Of a stretch of DNA of 46,833 nucleotides, positions 28,892 to 37,197 are shown one piece after another. Under the pieces are notes generated by a model, which saw only the letters and a list, made by a program, of their open reading frames with translations, did not search any database and was not told the origin of the DNA. The DNA is from a bacterium (GTDB taxonomy: Bacteria; Zhuqueibacterota; Zhuqueibacteria; Zhuqueibacterales; Zhuqueibacteraceae): assembly GCA_044869275.1 (NCBI GenBank), contig JBIOXB010000067.1, positions 1-46,833 on the forward strand, in the 5' to 3' direction. Position 1 is the stretch's first letter, and each line of letters begins with the position of its first letter. Position numbers and translations under genes: made by a program.

Positions 28892-31800
28892 ATGATCCGC
28901 GCACCCAAAACCGGTTTTGCCCTCTGCTTCTTGCCTTTTGCCTTCTGCTCTTTGCTTTTTGCTTCCCCCGACGGCCCCGGTCTGCCCAAACGGCGCTATC
29001 CCACTCGTGAAGTATTTCAGGTCATCGGCACGATCGACGCTGCCAAAGGCGCACCGCGCGCGCACGGCAATGCTTCAATGCACAAAGGCTTTCTCGTCAT
29101 TATTTTCTCCGAAGACGGTGAACCCGCCAATGGCGGTTTTGCGTTTTACGATCTTTCCGATCCCTATAATCCCAAACTCGTTTTTCGCCGGGAAGATGCA
29201 GCAACGCACGAGCTGCGTGAAGCGCACGGCTACGGCTTCAGCAGCAGCGCTGGCGCGGATTTGGTCGCATTGCAGGCAGCCTACGGCATTCAAATTTGGG
29301 ATTGGACCGACGTGACTCATCCCATAAGATTGAGCTATTTGCATCTGCCCGGCATTGAAGACAGCAATTATGCGCTCGGCGCGTGGTGGGCCTTTTGGCA
29401 AGCGCCGTATATCTACGTCGGAGGCTCCGGCAATGGAATTTATATCGTCGATGCCAGCGATCCGCGGCATCCCATGCTGGTCGACCGCGGCGCCGGCCGG
29501 CCCAATCCCATTCCCATCAGCCAAACCGGCGGCTTTCGTATCGGGCCGATTTTCGCCATCGGCAATCTGCTTGTTGCCTCTTCCATGGAAGACGCGGGGT
29601 ATGTTACCTGCGATATCAGTGATCCGAAAAATCCCGCCTTGCTTGAAACCCAAATCCAAAACATGCCGCCGGTTTACAGTATTCTGGTCAACGGCGACAA
29701 AATTCTCGGCGTGGATATTTACAACAACTTTACGGCGTTTGACATCAGCGATCCTTCACGTTTCCGCTACGTGAACGGCCTCTCGCTCAACGGCCGCGGC
29801 GGCTATTTGACATTTCAAGACGGCTTTGCGCACGCCGGGGCGTCAACACATTATGCGAAGATTGACATGCGCGATGCGGCAAGCTATGAATTGACGGGCA
29901 CCGCGAGCTCAGAAATACCGGACCGCGATGAAGACTTTGCGGTGGCTCTGGGCAATTTAGTCGTAATTAGTGACGACCACGGCAACGGCAGCTCCATCGT
30001 GCCGCATCAGGCCGAGCCGGATACCCTTGGGCCGAGTGTCAACATGGTCGTGCCGCGCGATCGCGCAGTCAATCAAGCTTTGACCACGCGCATCGGCTTG
30101 ACGTTCACGGATGCCATGGACTTGCGCTCGGTCAATTCTTCCACCTTCATCGTGCGGCCCTACGGCGGCGCGCCACTTGTAGGAAAATACAGCTCGCAAA
30201 CCGGCGTGATAAATTTCTGTCCGGAGGCGGAGCTGCAGCCCAATACCGCGTATGAAATTGTCATACCGGCAAACGGGATGCAAGATGTCTCCGGCAATGC
30301 CACGTCGCAGACATTCACCAGCCTGTTCTCGACCGGGCCGGTCATCACGTTGCCGCTCACTTGCTCCATCAAACCGCGGGCACCCGCGCTGGTGAAAGCA
30401 GAAGTGTTGTTCGAAGCGCAAAGCAGCGGCGGCAGCGGCACAACAACGTTTTCCTGGAATTTTGGCGACGGCAGCGCGCCCACGGCGTTTGCTGCGGCGT
30501 ATTCCATAAAACATGTATTCACGCGGCCCGGACATTTTACCGTGCGCGTCACCGCGACGGACGGGCAAAACAGTGCCTCCCATGCCGTTTCACAAACCAT
30601 TCATTACGCCATTGCCGCTCCCGCCCCGACCTCCTCGAACAACATCCTGTTTGATGAAAAAACGAATCTGGTCTGGAATGTCAATCCCGACAACGCCACG
30701 GTGACAGCGATCGACGCAGTGACGTTGACCAAGCGTTTTGAAAAGCCCGTGGGCGCAACACCACGCACGCTGGCACAAGCACCGGATGGCGCGATTTGGA
30801 TCGTGAACGAAAAGGATGCTGCGATCAGTGTGCTAAACCATGAGACTGGAGATTTGATCCAGACGATCGCCCTCCCTCCTGCCTCCCGGCCTTGCAGCAT
30901 TGTTTTCAGCCCGGATCAATCTGCCGCGTACGTGACGCTGCAAGCAAGCGGAAAACTATTGAAACTAGATCCCAACGCGCGCAGCGTGGTGGCAGAACTC
31001 GAGAGCGGACCAGCGCCGCGCGGCCTCGCGCTCTCGGCGGATTCCAAGCGTATTTTCCTCACGCGTTTTATTTCGCCTGCGAATCACGGCGAAGTGATTG
31101 AAGTGGATGCGCCCAGTTTCACCCTCGCGCGCAAATACAACCTCGCCTTCGATCCCGGCCCGGACAGCGAGTCCAGCGGACGCGGTGTGCCGAATTATCT
31201 CCATGCCATCACCATAACGCCCGACGGTTTGCGCGCCTGGGTTCCTGCGAAAAAAGACAACACCGCACGCGGACTGCGGCGCGACGGCCTGCGCTTAACC
31301 TTCGAGAGCACGGTGCGCACCATCGCCGCGCAAATTGATTTGGAGAAAAATGCCGAGGTTTTGCCCGCGCGCCTCGACCTGAACGATCGCGATCTCGCCA
31401 TTGCCGTATGCTTCAGTCCGCTGGGTGACTACGCTTTTGTCGCGACGCAAGGCACGAACACCATCGACGTTTTCGACGCCTATTCATTGGATTTGGTCAC
31501 TTCCATTGAGAAAGCCGGCCGCGCGCCGATCGGGATGGCGCTCACTCACGACGGCACAAAATTGTTTGTAAATGGCTTTATGTCGCGCTCGGTGTTGGCT
31601 TACAACGTGGGAGGAATCATACGCGGCACCAATTATCATGCGCAACGCCTGGCTGAGATTCCGACTGTTGCACAAGAGAAGTTATCACCCTTGGCTTTGG
31701 AGGGCAAGCGCATTTTCTATAACGCCGATGACCGCCGCATGAATCGCGACGGGTATCTCAGTTGCGCGAGCTGCCATTTGGACGGCGAAGAAGACGGCCG

Positions 31801-33085
31801 CGTGTGGGACTTCAGCGATCGCGGCGAAGGCTTGCGGAATACGATCACCTTGCTCGGCCGGCGCGGCACCGGGCAAGGCCGGGTGCACTGGTCTGCAAAT
31901 TTTGACGAGATACAGGATTTCGAACATGATGTGCGCAGCGCCTTCGACGGGACCGGTTTCATGTCGGATGCAGATTTCCATTCCGGCACGCGTGATCTTC
32001 CGCTCGGCGAACGCAAAGCCGGACTCAGCCACGAGCTGGAGGCGCTGGCGGCATACTTGGAAACTCTGGAGAAAGTTCCGGACAGCCCTTACCGCACTGT
32101 CGCGGGCTCGCTCACCGCGAATGCCGAAGCCGGCAAAATCATTTTTCAACAATTGCAATGCGCCGCCTGCCATAGCGGTAAAGAATTCACCGACAGCCCC
32201 AAGGAATTGCGGCACGACGTGGGCACGATCAAGCCCTCCTCCGGACAACGCCTGCACAAAGATTTGCAGGCATTGGATACTCCAACTTTGCGCGGACTAT
32301 GGGCCACGCCGCCGTATTTGCATGATGGCTCGTCAGCAACAATTTTGGGGGTGCTGACCACGGCCAATCCCAATAACATTCATGGTAAAACGCGCAATTT
32401 GACCGCGCAACAAAAGCAGTATTTGGCGGATTATTTGATGCAAATCGACGATCGCGAGCCCGCTGCGGCGGACTATGCGCCAGCCATTGCCATCACCTCA
32501 CCCTCGCCACAACAAAGCTTCCCCCCAAATACCCGCATTTCAATTCAAGCGGCACGTGCGGCGCATGGAGACAGCATCGTTGCTGTCCAGTTTTTTGCCG
32601 ATGAGGACAGCATTGGGCTCGATGCCCTGGCGCCTTTCGAATGCTCCTGGAATGCCCCCGCACCCAGGCTATACGTTCTTTCAGCATACGCGCATTTTGC
32701 CGGAGGTGTCAAAACGCTCTCCGCACCGGTGCCTGTCGACATTCTACCGGAATCGACTTCAGCAAATGACAAAGAAGGAGCCCCCATGCCTGCGCATTTC
32801 AAGCTCTCTTCTGGCTATCCCAACCCCTTTAGTGCTGAAGTGCGCATACCATTGAATTTGCCCGAAGCCGGGCACGTGACCGCGATGATTTACGGCATTG
32901 ATGGCCGTCAAATTGCGTGCCTGGTGGATGAAAACTTCCTGGCTGGTTCGCACACTCTATCTTGGGGCGGCCGTCATTCGGCCAACGCCACGGCTCATTC
33001 TGGAGTTTATCTGGTGCGTGTGAGATTTAAGAGCGTTTCGGGCAAGATTGAGCAGGCGGCGCAGCGGTTGCTGCGGATCAAATGA
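28892..33085 (+). CDS. Large secreted multidomain c-type cytochrome: LVIVD-like propeller, Ig-like, PKD, YVTN/YncE propeller, diheme peroxidase-like domain, Ig-like, T9SS/FlgD-like C-terminal domain
   Basis: Signal peptide; GIYIVDASDP-type repeats; FSWNFGDG (PKD); CASCH and CAACH; DTPTLRGLWATPPYLHDG; GYPNPF...SGVYLVR. Confidence 0.85.
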   Translation: MIRAPKTGFALCFLPFAFCSLLFASPDGPGLPKRRYPTREVFQVIGTIDAAKGAPRAHGNASMHKGFLVIIFSEDGEPANGGFAFYDLSDPYNPKLVFRREDAATHELREAHGYGFSSSAGADLVALQAAYGIQIWDWTDVTHPIRLSYLHLPGIEDSNYALGAWWAFWQAPYIYVGGSGNGIYIVDASDPRHPMLVDRGAGRPNPIPISQTGGFRIGPIFAIGNLLVASSMEDAGYVTCDISDPKNPALLETQIQNMPPVYSILVNGDKILGVDIYNNFTAFDISDPSRFRYVNGLSLNGRGGYLTFQDGFAHAGASTHYAKIDMRDAASYELTGTASSEIPDRDEDFAVALGNLVVISDDHGNGSSIVPHQAEPDTLGPSVNMVVPRDRAVNQALTTRIGLTFTDAMDLRSVNSSTFIVRPYGGAPLVGKYSSQTGVINFCPEAELQPNTAYEIVIPANGMQDVSGNATSQTFTSLFSTGPVITLPLTCSIKPRAPALVKAEVLFEAQSSGGSGTTTFSWNFGDGSAPTAFAAAYSIKHVFTRPGHFTVRVTATDGQNSASHAVSQTIHYAIAAPAPTSSNNILFDEKTNLVWNVNPDNATVTAIDAVTLTKRFEKPVGATPRTLAQAPDGAIWIVNEKDAAISVLNHETGDLIQTIALPPASRPCSIVFSPDQSAAYVTLQASGKLLKLDPNARSVVAELESGPAPRGLALSADSKRIFLTRFISPANHGEVIEVDAPSFTLARKYNLAFDPGPDSESSGRGVPNYLHAITITPDGLRAWVPAKKDNTARGLRRDGLRLTFESTVRTIAAQIDLEKNAEVLPARLDLNDRDLAIAVCFSPLGDYAFVATQGTNTIDVFDAYSLDLVTSIEKAGRAPIGMALTHDGTKLFVNGFMSRSVLAYNVGGIIRGTNYHAQRLAEIPTVAQEKLSPLALEGKRIFYNADDRRMNRDGYLSCASCHLDGEEDGRVWDFSDRGEGLRNTITLLGRRGTGQGRVHWSANFDEIQDFEHDVRSAFDGTGFMSDADFHSGTRDLPLGERKAGLSHELEALAAYLETLEKVPDSPYRTVAGSLTANAEAGKIIFQQLQCAACHSGKEFTDSPKELRHDVGTIKPSSGQRLHKDLQALDTPTLRGLWATPPYLHDGSSATILGVLTTANPNNIHGKTRNLTAQQKQYLADYLMQIDDREPAAADYAPAIAITSPSPQQSFPPNTRISIQAARAAHGDSIVAVQFFADEDSIGLDALAPFECSWNAPAPRLYVLSAYAHFAGGVKTLSAPVPVDILPESTSANDKEGAPMPAHFKLSSGYPNPFSAEVRIPLNLPEAGHVTAMIYGIDGRQIACLVDENFLAGSHTLSWGGRHSANATAHSGVYLVRVRFKSVSGKIEQAAQRLLRIK
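28915..28963 (+). repeat. Heptamer repeat (YYYTGCY) x7 encoding the signal-peptide core
   Basis: ttttgcc ctctgct tcttgcc ttttgcc ttctgct ctttgct ttttgct. Confidence 0.85.
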
Positions 33086-33100
33086 GTTTAGTGGAGCATA

Positions 33101-33226
33101 TACTCGCACTCTTTCTCCTCCTCTCACTCGCTTTTCATCATTTTCAAAAGCGAGTAAGAGCACGAACAAGGGTACAAGTAGGAGTGGGAGTAAGAGTAGG
33201 AGTACGAGCGAGGGCATGAGCTCGAG
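33101..33226. repeat. Hexamer-periodic inverted repeat array between convergent genes
   Basis: Core stem actcgctttt/aaaagcgagt (33126-33155) flanked by ACTC-type and GAGT-type hexamers. Confidence 0.75.
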
Positions 33227-36200
33227 TTATTTCGCCAGAATCATCCTCTGCGTCGCAGTAAACGCACCGGCTACCAAGCGATAGAAATAGATGCCGGAAG
33301 CCAAATCGCCGGCGGCGAAGGTCAATTCGTGATTCCCTGCCGGCAGATATCCTTCCATTAATTCTCGGACCAATTCTCCATTCACGCGATAGATCGCCAC
33401 CCTGACCTTGCTTGCCATAGGCAGGTCAAAACGAATGGTTGTTGTGGGATTGAAGGGGTTGGGGTAATTCTGCCACAACGCAAAATTCGCCGGCGCGGCG
33501 CCGTTCTGGTCAAGGACGGGTTGTGCTCCGGTCTGGATTTCATCGCGTATCTCACTCTCGATCTCAGCGAGTTGTGCATTGCTGGCGCTTGCGCTCGAAG
33601 CAGAATACTTGATGGTGATATAATCCGCATGTCCGTTGGCCGCGGTACTATATCCAGAAACATAAACGTTCCCGGCGCCATCTATGGCGAGGGCTCTGGC
33701 TTCGTCCAGATTGTTTGCCGGAGCGTTAAAGCGCGCGATCCACTGCTGTACACCCGCGTTGTTATACTTGATCGTCGCATAATCCTGGCTGCCACTCGTG
33801 CCTAAGCTGTGTCCGGTCACATAGACATTGCCGGCGCCATCAATGGCCAGAGCATTGGATATATCCTCGCCCTCTCCCGGCCCGTCGTAGCGTACGGCCC
33901 ACTGCTTCACACCGGCGCTGTTATATTGAACGGTGAAGAAATCATGATTCCCATCCGCGCCCAGGCTGTATCCCGACACGTCAACATTCCCGGAGGCATC
34001 CACGGCAATGCCTCGAGCTTCGTCGGTGCTGTTGGCCGGAGAATTATAGCGCGCCACCCATTGCGACACGCCCGCGCTGTTGTACTTGATCGTGGCGTAA
34101 TCCGGGCTGCCATTCGTGCCAAAGCTATGTCCCGTAACATAAACGTTGCCCACGCCATCAACGGTCAAGATATTGGCAAAGTCATCACCATTGCCCGGCC
34201 CGTTGAAACGTGCAGCCCACTGTTGCACTCCGGCGTCATCATACTTGATCGTGAAATAATCACGATTCCCATTCGCGCCGTGACTGTTGCCGGTCACATA
34301 GACATTGCTGGAGCCATCCACCACAATCTCCTTTGCTTCATCATGATTATTGGCAGGCGCGTTGTAACGCCTGACCCATTGCTGCACGCCCGTGCTGTTA
34401 TACTTGATCGTGGCGAAATCCGGGCTGCCATTCAGGCCGAAGCTATGCCCGGTGACAAAGACATTGCCCGCACCGTCGATCGCCAAGGCGTTGACCTTGT
34501 CATCCCCGTTGCCCGGCCCATTGAAGCGGGCGGTCCATTGCCGCGCGCCGCTGCTGTTGTATTTTATGGTGAAATAATCATGATTCCCTTTCGCGCCATA
34601 GCTAAATCCGGCCACATAAACATTGCCGGCAGCATCGACGGCAATGTCTTTGGCTTCGTCGAGGTTATTGGCCGGCGCATTGAATCGCGCGCTCCATTGC
34701 CGCACGCCGGCAGAATTATACTTCAAAGTCGCGTAATCGCGGTTGGTACCCGCGCCCAGACTATGGCCGGTCACGTGAACATTGCCAGCGCCGTCGAGCG
34801 CCAGAGCATTGGCTTCATCGGCGCCATTTGCCGCGCCGTTGTACCGCGCGCTCCAGGCGGTTGGCGGAGCGATGGCGTTGATGGCGTCGATCCTACCGTT
34901 GCCGAATATTGCGTCGAACCCGGCCGCGCCCAAATCGGCTGCAGTATTGTTGAGCAGCTCTCCCACTTCGACTGCCGTCATGGAAGAAGTGGACTCGCGC
35001 ACGAGTGCGGCAACACCGGCAGTGTGCGGCGTGGCTGCCGAGGTTCCAAAGAACGGATTGGAAAACCATCCTAATTGTCCGGTCTTGGTCTGCACGCCGT
35101 CAATGGCGGCGTGATCCGGCTTGGCGCGATCGATAAAACTGATGGGGTTGCCGAGAATATCGTAGCTGTAGATACGAGCTGGCCCGCGCGAGCTGAAAGA
35201 CTCGATGGTATCATTGCCCGGGTCGCTTGCGTCAATGGCGCCCACGGCCAAGCACCTTTGCGACGCGGCATGGCCATAGATAGCGCCGCCGCTGCCGGCA
35301 TATTGCGTCGGCGTCACTCCTCCGCCATAAGTATATATGGAAAGATTCCGTGCCGCTCCGCCAAATCTGTTAACGACAAGGTGTACAGTAATGGCAAAGG
35401 CATTGGGATTGGTGTAGGCCAGAAACTCGACGGGGTCATCATTGCCGTCCTGCACATCTTCGCTGAAGGACAAAATCGTATTCAGCGCGGCATTATACAG
35501 ATAGAGATCATAATCGTCAGCAGCTTTGCCAAATTGATTGTTCCATTGCAGCACCACCTGCATAGTAGCCCCGCCTCCCAGGCTGACATTCATCGTCTCA
35601 TCGCCCGGAGCGAATTCGTGAACGCCATCCGCATCTATGGAGACAAAATCAGCTTCATAATGATCCAGGTGCTGGTTGCCGGCGGAAGAAGTGTAAACCA
35701 CATTGTGATTGTTGACCACGTTATCAACCGTTTGGGCGATGATGCCGTCCTCGTATACCGACTCGAGTAGATAAATAATATCATCCGAGATGACGGTGCA
35801 ACCGGCCTGTTGCAAGAGATTGATGTTGTTGGCAAAATCCGCTTGATCTAAACCGGCATCTGCAAAAGCCAGCCCGGCGCCGGGCGCGAGATCATGAACG
35901 ATTTCCAACATGGCCGTGCCCTCGTCTCCGCCAAGACGATTGTTAATGACATTGACACCAACGGGCAAATCGCTGCTCGCTTGTGAAGCCGAAAGGTGGC
36001 TGACGCCGTCGGAAATAATCCCAACCTTCTGGCCAGAGCCCTCGACTCCGAAAGTGCTGCGCGCCTGGTTCGCGCGTAGAACCGCATCTCCGGCGCTGTT
36101 TACGCTGCCGGTCAAGACCATCGGTTTGTCCGCGGGGCGAACATGGAATACCGCGGAAAGCCGGGCAATATCCATAAGGCGATCAAAAGAAATCCGGCCG

Positions 36201-36622
36201 GTGATCATCTGATGATTGGGTGTGACTTTCAAATTCTCCGTCGAGGCGATTATCTCGAATCCCAGGCTCTTGAGCTGGGCGTGCAGTGCGGGTGTGATTT
36301 CGCTGATTCTCAAACTCACGAGAAAACGGCCTTGTTCGTCCACCTCGACCAGGGGGGTGGAGAATCGCGCCTTGACGTTTTGTTGCATGGCATTCGCGCG
36401 AGTGATGCCGGCGGATTCCATGCGCTTCCAGGCCTGGTAAAGATTGGATTGCAGCTTTTTTTCATACGTGGCGAGTGCCAACTTGGCCGTCTTGCTAGGG
36501 GTGGCCTTGGTGGTTGCCGGTGAATTGATTTCCTGCGCATGGGAGATTGAGCTGGCAAACAATTGTGCCATCATTGCAGCCGCAACCGCCGCGAGCTTGC
36601 ATTTTGCAAGTGATTTCTTCAT
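33227..36622 (-). CDS. Secreted S8/S53-like serine peptidase with 8 SBBP repeats and a T9SS-type C-terminal domain
   Basis: Signal peptide, prodomain, IISDG, DEGTAMLEIVHDLAPGA, SAGN, FFGTSAATPH; repeats DGAGNVYVTG...DYATIKY; QNYPNPFNPTTTIRF. Confidence 0.9.
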   Translation of the reverse strand: MKKSLAKCKLAAVAAAMMAQLFASSISHAQEINSPATTKATPSKTAKLALATYEKKLQSNLYQAWKRMESAGITRANAMQQNVKARFSTPLVEVDEQGRFLVSLRISEITPALHAQLKSLGFEIIASTENLKVTPNHQMITGRISFDRLMDIARLSAVFHVRPADKPMVLTGSVNSAGDAVLRANQARSTFGVEGSGQKVGIISDGVSHLSASQASSDLPVGVNVINNRLGGDEGTAMLEIVHDLAPGAGLAFADAGLDQADFANNINLLQQAGCTVISDDIIYLLESVYEDGIIAQTVDNVVNNHNVVYTSSAGNQHLDHYEADFVSIDADGVHEFAPGDETMNVSLGGGATMQVVLQWNNQFGKAADDYDLYLYNAALNTILSFSEDVQDGNDDPVEFLAYTNPNAFAITVHLVVNRFGGAARNLSIYTYGGGVTPTQYAGSGGAIYGHAASQRCLAVGAIDASDPGNDTIESFSSRGPARIYSYDILGNPISFIDRAKPDHAAIDGVQTKTGQLGWFSNPFFGTSAATPHTAGVAALVRESTSSMTAVEVGELLNNTAADLGAAGFDAIFGNGRIDAINAIAPPTAWSARYNGAANGADEANALALDGAGNVHVTGHSLGAGTNRDYATLKYNSAGVRQWSARFNAPANNLDEAKDIAVDAAGNVYVAGFSYGAKGNHDYFTIKYNSSGARQWTARFNGPGNGDDKVNALAIDGAGNVFVTGHSFGLNGSPDFATIKYNSTGVQQWVRRYNAPANNHDEAKEIVVDGSSNVYVTGNSHGANGNRDYFTIKYDDAGVQQWAARFNGPGNGDDFANILTVDGVGNVYVTGHSFGTNGSPDYATIKYNSAGVSQWVARYNSPANSTDEARGIAVDASGNVDVSGYSLGADGNHDFFTVQYNSAGVKQWAVRYDGPGEGEDISNALAIDGAGNVYVTGHSLGTSGSQDYATIKYNNAGVQQWIARFNAPANNLDEARALAIDGAGNVYVSGYSTAANGHADYITIKYSASSASASNAQLAEIESEIRDEIQTGAQPVLDQNGAAPANFALWQNYPNPFNPTTTIRFDLPMASKVRVAIYRVNGELVRELMEGYLPAGNHELTFAAGDLASGIYFYRLVAGAFTATQRMILAK

Positions 36623-36812
36623 GAACTCTTCCTAAGCTTGGTAATCAAATGCTTTGCAAAGACGTGCGCCTCGGCAGGAGGCGAATAAGTGACAGGTTCA
36701 GTCAACAAATCGTCAGGTTCCTCATCTTATGGACGCCCAAGCGCAGTTCGGCAGGAGGTGATGGAGAATCTTCATAACGTCAACGTCAATGTACCGACAA
36801 CTTGTGGAAAAC

Positions 36813-36842
36813 GGCGAGGGCTTTTCATCGCACAAAAAGGCT
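36813..36842 (-). promoter_or_regulatory. Putative operator motif, copy 1
   Basis: ggcgagggcttttcatcgcacaaaaaggct, about 190 nt upstream of the peptidase start. Confidence 0.55.
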
Positions 36843-36959
36843 TTGGGATGAGGCTTCGTCACAACACATACCGAGCCGGCGGCCTATGATCAAAATTTGG
36901 CCAAGCCGTCCAAACATCGGTTACCGAGGCGCAGTGAGCAAGGACAAGAGGCGATTTTA

Positions 36960-37103
36960 GGATTGCTGGAGGACGAATAGCTTGTGATCCAGCTAAAAGG
37001 ATACGAGAAGACCCATACCCGTGACGGCAAGAACCGTCGCTGGTGCAGAGCAGATCAACACAACTGGCAGCAACACGGAACGCAGCTGAGAACGAGGTAT
37101 TAG
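36960..37103 (+). pseudogene. Possible degraded C-terminal fragment of a type III restriction endonuclease (Res)
   Basis: LLEDE*LVIQLKGYE...RRWCRA...NWQQHG resembles, from memory, the Res C-terminal pattern LILEVKGYE...RWVxAVNNWG; internal stop and no start. Confidence 0.35.
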
Positions 37104-37151
37104 AGACGCCACTGCCCCAATCCGCGGGGAGTTTTATTCAGTCGGCGCTAC

Positions 37152-37178
37152 TGACCGGTCGCTCGAAGCGACCGGTCA
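37152..37178. terminator. 12-bp hairpin downstream of the amidase gene
   Basis: tgaccggtcgct-cga-agcgaccggtca, about 20 nt past the stop; no clear U-tract, so it may be a REP or stability hairpin. Confidence 0.5.
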
Positions 37179-37197
37179 TTGAAATACTATTTTAATA

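Noticed and set aside
28892..33085. Calling the large cytochrome a hydrazine synthase or cd1 nitrite reductase
   Set aside because: Only fold-level analogy; no partner subunits or pathway genes nearby.
32957..33284. Short Leu-rich and Ser/Arg-rich ORFs
   Set aside because: Translation artefacts of the hexamer repeat array.
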